A stretch of 59,000 nucleotides of DNA, the filler included. It is 5 parts of 5 records of this genome, joined end to end, with 100 filler letters (N's around TTAATTAATTAA, not from the genome) between each part and the next. Parts side by side here need not be neighbours in the genome. Positions count along the whole stretch, not along the records: positions 18,271 to 36,024 come from SRR31156797_12179; positions 36,125 to 43,451 come from SRR31156797_12185; 3 more parts are not named here. One strand, written 5' to 3'. The translations under genes and the position numbers were made by a program. The notes beneath the pieces are model-generated. The model was not told the DNA's origin. It was given only the letters and a program-made list of their open reading frames with translations, and searched no databases. This document shows, in pieces, positions 29,098 through 37,522 of the stretch (positions are counted from its first letter, which is position 1; the number at the start of each line of letters is the position of its first letter).

Positions 29098-30228
29098 TTA
29101 CATATCAAAATCCATGTTTCTTGATATGTTTCGTTTGCTTAAATTCGTTTGTTGTGAGTTCTCTAGAATTTTAGCTACCTTATCGTTGCCTATTTCCTTC
29201 TTTACTTTCTCATAGTCTTTATACTCTTTGAATAAAGCTTTATTAGCACCTATGGCTTTTTTATGAGATTTCTCCAAAGATGAAAACCTTCTTACTAAGT
29301 CTTTATACTTATCTTCCAAATTGCTATAAGCAATAATTACACTTCTAATAGCTGCCTTTAGTTTGTTTATGAAAGGGTCAATGAGTTGTGCTTTGTAATT
29401 ATCAGATTTCATCCTATTAAACGGTGATGGCGTTTGCCATTCTTCATCTTCATAATACCTTTCAATGTTTGTTTCAAAAAACTGTTGAGTATCTTTCAAG
29501 TCATTTATTTTACTTTCGATTTTATCAGCTTCTTTAGTAAGCTCAATAACTTCTTTTTCTCTTTCTCGCTTTTTATAGTCAAGCACACTTAGATGAGGTT
29601 TATGAGTATTAAGCTCCTTCCACTTAACGTTATAGTTTTCCATTACGTACGATAAAGATTCTTTTTCTGTCTTTACCCATTTCATGGCTTCAGTGTCTAG
29701 TTTTGATCCACCTTTGATGCCTTGTTGCGCAAGTGCTCGCCTTAAAGATACTCTTGTTTCAAGACCCGTTTTACTACCCGTAGTAAAGGGAACAAAATCT
29801 ATATGCAAATGTGGTGTTTCTTCGTCCAGATGTAGATAAGCTCCGAACACTCGTAGGTGTGGGTTTCTTTCCTGAAAGCCATACATATAGTCTGACAAGA
29901 TATTTTTAGCAATTTCACCGTTTTCGCTTTGGGTATTCATATCATCTATTGAACCTACCTGAACAATCATTTCGTGAAATAGTTTTTCTTGCTTGCTCAG
30001 TCTTATCTTTTCGTAATAATTAGCTATTTTCCTATCGTTCCTTGTCTGCTTATCATTGTATTTTCTAAGTGGCTCATCAAATAATTGATGATATACATCT
30101 TTGATATTATCATTAACAAATACTAAGTTATCAGCAGTTCTTGACGCATCAACGTTGTCTGCAAAAAATGTTCTGTTATTATGATTAATTGAACCTTCTC
30201 CTATTCTTATACTGATACTTCTTTCCAA
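29098..30228 (-). CDS. MobV/Pre plasmid recombination (relaxase) protein
   Basis: HNNR motif I, HLDEETPHLHIDFVP HUH motif, C-terminal coiled coil. Confidence 0.85.
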   Translation of the reverse strand: MERSISIRIGEGSINHNNRTFFADNVDASRTADNLVFVNDNIKDVYHQLFDEPLRKYNDKQTRNDRKIANYYEKIRLSKQEKLFHEMIVQVGSIDDMNTQSENGEIAKNILSDYMYGFQERNPHLRVFGAYLHLDEETPHLHIDFVPFTTGSKTGLETRVSLRRALAQQGIKGGSKLDTEAMKWVKTEKESLSYVMENYNVKWKELNTHKPHLSVLDYKKREREKEVIELTKEADKIESKINDLKDTQQFFETNIERYYEDEEWQTPSPFNRMKSDNYKAQLIDPFINKLKAAIRSVIIAYSNLEDKYKDLVRRFSSLEKSHKKAIGANKALFKEYKDYEKVKKEIGNDKVAKILENSQQTNLSKRNISRNMDFDM

Positions 30229-30266
30229 ATTTCACCTCCGAATCTATAATTTTGAGCAGACCGCAA

Positions 30267-30432
30267 GGCATCTTTTGATATTCATGTCAAAAGTGCCATT
30301 GCGTTACTTTTGACAAAAGTAACAAAATCGTCGAGTATTAGACTTTCGCTTATAAATCAACATAGCCACATTGCCTGTCTTAAAGAAATGGCAAGGTTGC
30401 CAAAATCATTAAGGGGCAAACTTGGCAACCTT
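30267..30432. promoter_or_regulatory. Candidate oriT/ori region with inverted repeats
   Basis: GTTACTTTTG-A-CAAAAGTAAC (30303-30323), AAGGTTGCCAA/TTGGCAACCTT (30393-30432), CTTTTGA..TCAAAAG; lies between rep and mob. Confidence 0.55.
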
Positions 30433-30437
30433 AATCA

Positions 30438-31403
30438 TTAAGGCAAACTCCAAAACCATTTGTTGCCCTCTTTTTTGGATATAATTCCTAGCCTTCTTTT
30501 TGCTCTATCCAATGTTCTTTTTGAAATATGCATAAGGTTTGCTTTGTTTAATATAACCTTTTGCTCCTGTTGCCTGTCGCTTAAAATATCTATTAACATC
30601 TTTTCGGCAATCCGTCCTTTACTCTCTCGTCCACCAGCCAATAAATCATCTATTGAAATATCATAATGCCCAAGCCACTCAAAAGCGTTTTCACGGCCAA
30701 GCCTAAATGCTAGAGGTTTGCCCTCGGAAGCAAGAGAACTTTTTAGTTGTGCAACTATTCTAACTTGTGGATCATCGTCAATCCTACCAACAACTAATAC
30801 ACTTCGTGCAGCTGCCTGTAAATCAATTGATCCCAGTCCTCTGTATGCTGACTTTGTGCCATTTGCCTTGTTCATATGTCCAATTAGCACAATAGCACAA
30901 TCATTCTCTTCTGCGACTACACTTAAGTGCTTCATGATAGGGCGGATTTCATTTGCCCTGTGCATATCTACACCACTACCCAAATAGCCTTGAAGAGGGT
31001 CTAGGATTACTAGCTTTGCTTGTGTTTTCTTTATAGCTTGCATGAGCCTTTCATCTGTCATGAAAAGTGGAGTATTAAAATCATCTATTACCATAATCCT
31101 ATTGCAATTTGCATTAGCTCTATCTAACCTTGGCTTAATAGTGTCACTAAGCCCATCCTCTGCAGATTGATAGATAATGTTTATAGGTTCTTGGTGTTTA
31201 TTGTTTTCAGGGAGTTGTCCTCCTCTGCTTAAAATAGCTGCAAGGTGCAGAATAAAAGTCGTCTTACCTTGCCCAGGATCTCCTTGAATAATAGTGATTT
31301 TGCTCATGGGAATGTATGGATAAAAAAGCCATTTTACCTCTGTAGCTTTTACGTCTGCCATACTAAAAATGTTTAGATTATCATCATTAAAATCTTCATA
31401 CAA
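30438..31403 (-). CDS. AAA-family (RepA-like) ATPase/helicase, probable replication protein
   Basis: VKWLFYPYIP, QGDPGQGKT Walker A, VILDPLQ Walker B, GHMNK, RGLGS; C-terminal wHTH. Confidence 0.82.
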   Translation of the reverse strand: MYEDFNDDNLNIFSMADVKATEVKWLFYPYIPMSKITIIQGDPGQGKTTFILHLAAILSRGGQLPENNKHQEPINIIYQSAEDGLSDTIKPRLDRANANCNRIMVIDDFNTPLFMTDERLMQAIKKTQAKLVILDPLQGYLGSGVDMHRANEIRPIMKHLSVVAEENDCAIVLIGHMNKANGTKSAYRGLGSIDLQAAARSVLVVGRIDDDPQVRIVAQLKSSLASEGKPLAFRLGRENAFEWLGHYDISIDDLLAGGRESKGRIAEKMLIDILSDRQQEQKVILNKANLMHISKRTLDRAKRRLGIISKKEGNKWFWSLP

Positions 31404-31424
31404 TGTGTACTCCTTTCGATACGG

Positions 31425-31540
31425 TTGATTTCAACCAAGGAGCTATGTTATAATTTTTCTTGTCACAGATAATATATACAGCTCTTTAGTTGTAGTGTTG
31501 TCAATAAATCCTTATCCTTATGGGTAGGGATTTTATTTAT
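31425..31540 (+). ncRNA. Putative counter-transcribed RNA antisense to the xis-rep intergenic leader (span includes its promoter)
   Basis: TTGATT-18-TATAAT with TGn extension (31425-31454); hairpin AAATCCTTATCC-TTAT-GGGTAGGGATTT followed by TATTTATT. Confidence 0.55.
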
Positions 31541-31781
31541 TGTTGACATACTTTTTTAATACATCACCACCACCTTTGTTTTGTCGAAGCCATTCTAGAT
31601 AATCTTGCATAATAATGAGTTTGCGAGAGCCTACGACTATACAAGGGAAGGATGGTTCCCTAAACAGCACATATGTTTGCGCCAGAGATATTCCTAAACT
31701 CTTTGATACATCAGACACACTCAATCCGACTGGTAAATCCTTATTTAAGTAATCATGTTCTTGTTGTTTTTTTGACTCCAT
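31533..31781 (-). CDS. Excisionase-like HTH protein
   Basis: LSVSDVSKSLGISLAQTYVLF..FPCIVVGSRKLI..YLEWL; AGGAGG RBS. Confidence 0.82.
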   Translation of the reverse strand: MESKKQQEHDYLNKDLPVGLSVSDVSKSLGISLAQTYVLFREPSFPCIVVGSRKLIIMQDYLEWLRQNKGGGDVLKKYVNNK

Positions 31782-31986
31782 ATTATCCTCCTAAAATGTT
31801 ATTCAAATACAGTACAAATATTATATACATTGACATATGTTATCACTAATTTTATAATATTATGATAGCTATATATGCTATGAATTATAGTATAATTCGC
31901 AATATCTGTCAATGGGTTTATATGCAATTAATGAATCGATGACATGATTAATAGGTGTTTTACTGAATTGTGTAAGGTGGATAAGA

Positions 31987-33039
31987 ATGAGTTTAAAAAT
32001 GAAGATATACGTTAAGGATAATACTGAGGTATATGAAGCGATAGACACAACTACAAATTATATTATAGCTAGCTATAAATATCCTCTGGGTACAACTTTT
32101 ATAGATTTTATATACTCAGACTACGAAAAATTCTCTCTTTTTATGCATGATATAAAGTTTATTATTAATAAAGTTTATGATGATAATTACTCAGAACCTA
32201 ATTTTTTTGGTGCAAACTCAGATTTTTCTAATAGCTATATTAATTCTGCACGTGACCCTCGTGAACTATCAGAGCTTAGTACATATAATAGTTTACTGAT
32301 AGAGAATCATATTTTTTATTTCATGTACTATATTTACAATGATAAAATAAATGATTATTATGCAAAATATAAAAATATTGATAAATTTCCTCTTTTAAAA
32401 AACGAAGAGACAATTATCAAAAATCTAATAAAAACTGTTAAAGTGTTCATATCAAAATGTCTACTTGTTGACACTAATAATGACATTACTTCTATTGAAA
32501 GATTTATGTCCATGATTGAAAATAGTAGCGAATATGGAATAGAGAAATTAGTTTTAAATTTACCATCTACTCAATATAGCTTTTACCCTGAACAAGAATA
32601 CAAGATAAATGATTTTTCTAACGAAAAGCTTAAACTGTCTCAAGCTATGTATCCCGAAAGTGTTGATCAAATAGTGCATTATCTTATGATTCAACAAATT
32701 CAAAACGGAACAAGTTATAACATTTGCAAAAACTGTGGTAAGTATTTCGTACATACAGGTCATAAAAATGTTGAATATTGCGAACGAGTAATTAAGGGTT
32801 CTAATAAAACGTGTAAACAAGTAGGTGCGTCAAAAAAATATCGTAGTAAGAAAAAGGAGAATCCGATATTTGTAGCATACAATAAGGCTTATAATACCAG
32901 AAATGCTCGTATTAAATATGGTATTATTACTCGAGAAGAATTCAAAAAATGGAGTAAGGAAGCTCGAGTACAGCGGGATAAATGTTACAATGGTGAGGTA
33001 ACACTATCAGAGTTTCTTTTGTGGTTAGACAAGAATTAA
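31987..33039 (+). CDS. Element-associated protein with C-terminal Cys cluster (DUF6076-like)
   Basis: CKNCGKYF..YCER..TCKQVGA; divergent from xis, possible regulator. Confidence 0.7.
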   Translation: MSLKMKIYVKDNTEVYEAIDTTTNYIIASYKYPLGTTFIDFIYSDYEKFSLFMHDIKFIINKVYDDNYSEPNFFGANSDFSNSYINSARDPRELSELSTYNSLLIENHIFYFMYYIYNDKINDYYAKYKNIDKFPLLKNEETIIKNLIKTVKVFISKCLLVDTNNDITSIERFMSMIENSSEYGIEKLVLNLPSTQYSFYPEQEYKINDFSNEKLKLSQAMYPESVDQIVHYLMIQQIQNGTSYNICKNCGKYFVHTGHKNVEYCERVIKGSNKTCKQVGASKKYRSKKKENPIFVAYNKAYNTRNARIKYGIITREEFKKWSKEARVQRDKCYNGEVTLSEFLLWLDKN

Positions 33040-33083
33040 TGAGCACAAATTCTCTATTTTCCAAACAGATTTAATCGCAGTGA

Positions 33084-33302
33084 CTACTTTTGTGGGATTT
33101 TTACAATAGAGCCATCTTCCATATATAATATAAGAATAGCAGATGAGTCTTTATCAATGTTATGCCTGCAATACAAAGAGGAAACATCGACAAACTTAGG
33201 TTTCGTACAATTACATTCTATAAAAGTGCCATTTGATTGTTGCTTGAATATTTTTAAACCACAGATTTTACACTCGAAGTCATATTTAACGATTTTCTTC
33301 AT
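33084..33302 (-). CDS. Small Cys-rich protein, translationally coupled to integrase
   Basis: CKIC..CNC; ATGA overlap with integrase stop. Confidence 0.5.
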   Translation of the reverse strand: MKKIVKYDFECKICGLKIFKQQSNGTFIECNCTKPKFVDVSSLYCRHNIDKDSSAILILYMEDGSIVKIPQK

Positions 33303-34435
33303 ATATTGTCCTCATGGTCTTTTTTCACCATCTCCGCCACAGCATTAACAGCCTTAGTATGTTTATCATCAAACAGATGTGTATATATCTTCTTTGTTGT
33401 ACTCACATTAGCATGACCTAATGCCTTACCAATATTAAACTCCTGTACTCCTGCTTCATTTGAAATTGATGCAAATGTATGTCTTAGCTCATGCAGCACA
33501 ATCTTGGGCATATCATTCCTTACCAAGAACTGCGTAAACAGTTCCGACACATAATTCGGTCTGTACGGCTTACCACCTTCCATAACTACGATATAAGGCG
33601 AATCCTCATATGTTTCACCTAATTTATCTCTAAGCTCCTGCTGCTTTTCTTGTTCTTTTCTTAGAGCAACTATCAAATCATCCGGCATATAAAGCTTTCT
33701 ATTTGATGCATATGTCTTTGTATCTTTTACTACAATTTCTGTACCAACCTGCGTCCTCGCTCTACGTACAAACAGGGTAGAGCTGTCCCAATCAATATCA
33801 TCCCAATGGAGTCCACAAATCTCCTCACGTCTAACCCCTAGATATGCTCCTAGCTTTATTACAACTTCTAGTCTATGTCCTTCACAAAGCTTTAAAAGCC
33901 TTTGTAATTGTTCTGGTGTATAGACCTTAGCTTCGTGCCGTATCTTCCTTGGTCTATCAACTCCACTCACAGGATTACGCATAATATACTGCTGTTTTAC
34001 AGCTGCTTTTAAAGCTGTATTTAATAGATCATGATGCTTAAGAACAGTATTAGGAGATAGTCCTTTTTCCTTCATTAAATAGGAATAGTAATGCTGAATT
34101 GTTGCAGGCTTTAGTTTCTGCAGAGTATTCTTTCCTAGCACAGGCTTGATATGATTACTTATCATCAGATTATAACTATACACACTGGTCTCTGCAGCTC
34201 TAGGGGTATACATGTGCTCCATCCAGTAGTCCAACCACTCACCCAGTTTTATATCTTTAGGTATAACAATATGTCCCTCTTCCATATCTACATTATGGTG
34301 AGACAGTCGCATTTCAGCTTTACTTTTTATTTTAAACGTTTTATATTTACGAATGCGTTTGCCGTTCTCATCTTTACCATAATCTAAACATACTCTATAG
34401 CCTTTTCCTATTTTTGAAATTGAACCGTGCGGCAT
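33299..34435 (-). CDS. int: Tyrosine recombinase/integrase
   Basis: GVRREEICGLHWDDID, TKT, LHELRHTFAS, LGHANVSTTKKIYTH. Confidence 0.96.
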   Translation of the reverse strand: MPHGSISKIGKGYRVCLDYGKDENGKRIRKYKTFKIKSKAEMRLSHHNVDMEEGHIVIPKDIKLGEWLDYWMEHMYTPRAAETSVYSYNLMISNHIKPVLGKNTLQKLKPATIQHYYSYLMKEKGLSPNTVLKHHDLLNTALKAAVKQQYIMRNPVSGVDRPRKIRHEAKVYTPEQLQRLLKLCEGHRLEVVIKLGAYLGVRREEICGLHWDDIDWDSSTLFVRRARTQVGTEIVVKDTKTYASNRKLYMPDDLIVALRKEQEKQQELRDKLGETYEDSPYIVVMEGGKPYRPNYVSELFTQFLVRNDMPKIVLHELRHTFASISNEAGVQEFNIGKALGHANVSTTKKIYTHLFDDKHTKAVNAVAEMVKKDHEDNI

Positions 34436-34444
34436 AATTAACTC

Positions 34445-35803
34445 CTATTCATTGCTCAAGTTTTTACATTCTTGCCTTCTCTTTTCTGCATCTGCTAAAT
34501 CTTCATTTATCCTATCACTTAAGTCTTTAACATAATCATCACTAAAATACTTCAATAGTATTTGTATTATCACATCATCCTTTAGCAAAATATCTAACAT
34601 GGATGAGTCATAAATGAATAATTTATTGGCGACTACTTCCTTATCAAAATTTCTATATGCTCTTTCTTTATATCCCAAATTATAATCGCACAAAATATCA
34701 TAAAGCCAATAAATATAAAACTTTGAGTCAACTTCATCCTTAAGTTTTCTCGCAATACTCTTACAATGCCTAAATTCGCTATTCTCATAATAATATCCTA
34801 ATACATAGCCTTTTATAGTATTATCAATATATTTCAATTTAGAAATTTTAGTTCCTAATTCTATAAATACTGCATAAATAAAATAGTATGAATCTGCTAT
34901 GATTGATGCGTCTTTCAATTCTAGGCTTTCATCTAATTTAAATGAGTTCAATCTTTTTACAATTACATCAATTAACACTATTATATCTGCAGATAAATTA
35001 TCTGGGAATCTAACAATACTTGAATATAACTCGTTAACATATTCTGTATGCTCTTTTAATTCTTTGCTTATACTTACGATATTAGCTGTCCTTGCTCCTC
35101 CCCAACATTTATTTTTAAGTAAATATTCAAACTCATCTTCACATAACTTGCCTGATATAAGCTCACTATGGAAGTAGATAGAATACCCCATAGGTCTTGT
35201 GTTACTATCAAATCTAGTCAAATCAATAAACATATGATATATTTCAAAATAGAACCTTTTTATATTATCAGCCATCAGCATTTTTAAATTATTATTATGT
35301 TTTCTTTTAATTAATTTATCTATTATTAACCAATAAACAAATGCAGCTACAACCGATGTAGCAATTGCTGTTAGTATTGATAATATTATATTGTTATTTT
35401 TACCATAACCATTTACAACATAAGCGATAGTCCCCATCGCTTCACTTGTTTTACCCTGTTCCAATAATTCAATCGCCTTAATGTATTCTATCTGTATCAG
35501 CTTATCTTTTGAATCTTTATACTCAATAATTTCATAGAAAACATCTATTGCATCATCATACTCTTTATTATTAAATGCCTCTATCCCTTTTTCATACTTG
35601 CAAATAACTATCATTTCTTTAGAATCTCTGTAACTATATGCCTTCTCAAATAATTCAATAGCATTGTCATAATTACCATTTTTATAGTTTTCAATTGCCT
35701 CATTATAATAATTATTAGGAAGTATTACTAAAACAACGATAAGCAAACCTATTGTAATAATTAGAATAATTGAAAGTGCCAAAATTAAAACTCTTTTTTT
35801 CAT
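34445..35803 (-). CDS. Membrane-anchored TPR-like repeat protein, possibly chimeric
   Basis: N-terminal TM, repeated Y..AI..F..Y(R/K)DSK units, second TM, long soluble tail. Confidence 0.7.
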   Translation of the reverse strand: MKKRVLILALSIILIITIGLLIVVLVILPNNYYNEAIENYKNGNYDNAIELFEKAYSYRDSKEMIVICKYEKGIEAFNNKEYDDAIDVFYEIIEYKDSKDKLIQIEYIKAIELLEQGKTSEAMGTIAYVVNGYGKNNNIILSILTAIATSVVAAFVYWLIIDKLIKRKHNNNLKMLMADNIKRFYFEIYHMFIDLTRFDSNTRPMGYSIYFHSELISGKLCEDEFEYLLKNKCWGGARTANIVSISKELKEHTEYVNELYSSIVRFPDNLSADIIVLIDVIVKRLNSFKLDESLELKDASIIADSYYFIYAVFIELGTKISKLKYIDNTIKGYVLGYYYENSEFRHCKSIARKLKDEVDSKFYIYWLYDILCDYNLGYKERAYRNFDKEVVANKLFIYDSSMLDILLKDDVIIQILLKYFSDDYVKDLSDRINEDLADAEKRRQECKNLSNE

Positions 35804-35870
35804 AATTACCTCTTCAATAATTAATATTATTTTGTATCTATTCCATTAATTACATATAATTATATCACGT

Positions 35871-35900
35871 TTGGCTACATTTGGCTACATTATGGCTACT
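35871..35900. repeat. Three tandem TGGCTAC repeats, candidate integrase arm-type sites
   Basis: TTGGCTACAT TTGGCTACAT TATGGCTACT, about 90 bp inside the att site. Confidence 0.6.
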
Positions 35901-35951
35901 AGCATTAATAATTATAGTGTGTAGCATCATATATAGTGCCTAAATAAAAGA

Positions 35952-35975
35952 AAAACCACCATATATGGTGGTTTT
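35952..35975 (-). terminator. Terminator downstream of tmRNA
   Basis: AAAACCACCAT-AT-ATGGTGGTTTT palindrome with T-run on the minus strand. Confidence 0.75.
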
Positions 35976-35986
35976 AATCTTAATTG

Positions 35987-36024
35987 TGGTGGAAGCGAGG
36001 GGAGTCGAACCCCTGTCCGAAACC
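35987..36024 (-). ncRNA. ssrA: tmRNA 3' end (partial, cut by contig end); probable attachment site
   Basis: Minus strand GGTTTCGGACAGGGGTTCGACTCCCCTCGCTTCCACCA: T-arm plus Ala-type acceptor ending CCA, preceded by tmRNA-typical GGAC. Confidence 0.8.
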
Positions 36025-36124
36025 NNNNNNNNNNNNNNNNNNNNNNNNNNNNNNNNNNNNNNNNNNNNTTAATTAATTAANNNNNNNNNNNNNNNNNNNN
36101 NNNNNNNNNNNNNNNNNNNNNNNN
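36025..36124. other. Artificial contig spacer
   Basis: N-run with TTAATTAATTAA. Confidence 0.98.
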
Positions 36125-36464
36125 CTGAGCATACCCATACTAATCATAATAAGATGGTTCCAGTTTGAAAAAACACTCCTTGAACATATTGGGTTATGGG
36201 AAAAGAATTGCCTTGAACATGAACAGACGGGCCAAGCCCCACCCCACGAATCACAGTGGAAATATTGTGGAAGTTTCTGAAAGAGGGTGGAAAATTGGCA
36301 TCAAAAATTTTCACACAGAATTATGAACGTAATCGGGAAATTTAAGAATCCTAAACAAGTAAATGCAACCTGCTAAATTTCTAGTTGTTGACACCCATCA
36401 CCTTCACAAAAAATAAGCCTTCCCATATGCAATTTTCTTTGCTTCACCCTCACGGATCGTTTAC

Positions 36465-37508
36465 CTATTTGGAATACATTTTTAAATCCGCAGTCATCAT
36501 AATCCGGACTAATTCTTTAAAATCGATTTTTCTGTCCCAATTCAACAAAGCTTTGGCCTTTTTAGAGTTTCCCTGAATTCTTAGTATTTCATTCTCTCGA
36601 TAAAATTCTGGATTAACGGCAACAATTGTTTTTCCGGTATTCTCATCAATACCGATTTCATTCACCCCGGATCCTTGCCAAAACAATTTAAATCCTGCAA
36701 TTTTTGAAGCATTCTCCACAAATTCCCTAACAGAATGCGTAGTTCCGGAAGATAGTATATAATCATCAGGCCTAGGTTGCTGAAGCATTGCCCACATTGC
36801 TTCGATAAAATCTCCAGCATAACTCCAATCTCTTTCTGAATCATAATTACCTAAATAAAGACAATCTTGCAAACCAGCTTTTATTTTTGCCAGCGATTGT
36901 GTAATTTTTCTTGTTACAAAATCTTCACCTCTTAAAGGAGATTCATGATTATACAATATGCCATTACATACAAAAATATTGTATTTTTCACGGTAAGTTC
37001 TACAGATAAAAAAACTATATAATTTGGCTATTGCATAAGGAGAAATGGGTGAAAAAGGAGTATTTTCTGTTTGCGGAATTTCTTTAGGTATTCCAAATAA
37101 CTCGGAAGATGCAGCTTGAAATATTTTACACCATGGGCAATGTTTCTTAACTGCATCTAATAAGTATAAAACAGCATTGGCATTTACTTGTGTCGTATAA
37201 ACAGGCTTGTCGTAGGAAATAACTGAATTACTCTGAGCTGCGAAATTGTAAATCTCATCAGGCTTTATATCAGCAATAACATTATTGATATCATCATAAC
37301 TCTCAACATTAACGTCCCTAATCTGTAATTGCAGGTTTTTATTATTTGCAATAATTCGTAATTTTTTAAAATAATAAAAGTTGTAATTTTTATGAATGTT
37401 TTTTTCTAAACCTATGACATAATATCCATTATCAATTAAATATTTTGAAAGTATTAGTCCGTCCTGACCAAGGATTCCAGTAATTAATGCTTTTTTTTTA
37501 GTAACCAT
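36465..37508 (-). CDS. gmd: GDP-mannose 4,6-dehydratase
   Basis: ALITGILGQDG, PDEIYNFAAQS, QAASSELFG, SPYAIAK, NHESPLRGEDFVTRKIT. Confidence 0.95.
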   Translation of the reverse strand: MVTKKKALITGILGQDGLILSKYLIDNGYYVIGLEKNIHKNYNFYYFKKLRIIANNKNLQLQIRDVNVESYDDINNVIADIKPDEIYNFAAQSNSVISYDKPVYTTQVNANAVLYLLDAVKKHCPWCKIFQAASSELFGIPKEIPQTENTPFSPISPYAIAKLYSFFICRTYREKYNIFVCNGILYNHESPLRGEDFVTRKITQSLAKIKAGLQDCLYLGNYDSERDWSYAGDFIEAMWAMLQQPRPDDYILSSGTTHSVREFVENASKIAGFKLFWQGSGVNEIGIDENTGKTIVAVNPEFYRENEILRIQGNSKKAKALLNWDRKIDFKELVRIMMTADLKMYSK

Positions 37509-37522
37509 ATAATTTATTAATC

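Larger units (their letters stand above)
18271..36024 (-). mobile_element. Integrative mobilizable element / genomic island at tmRNA (distal end not in contig)
   Basis: tmRNA 3' end, tyrosine integrase, xis-like HTH, AAA replicase, MobV relaxase, parAB, R-M cargo; no T4SS genes seen. Confidence 0.85.

Noticed and set aside
35987-36024. tRNA-Ala gene
   Set aside because: Only a T-arm and acceptor half are present, and the upstream TTTCGGAC fits tmRNA better.
18271-36024. GATC avoidance in the element
   Set aside because: Many GATC sites are present (for example near 18344, 23602 and 24662); no obvious depletion by eye.
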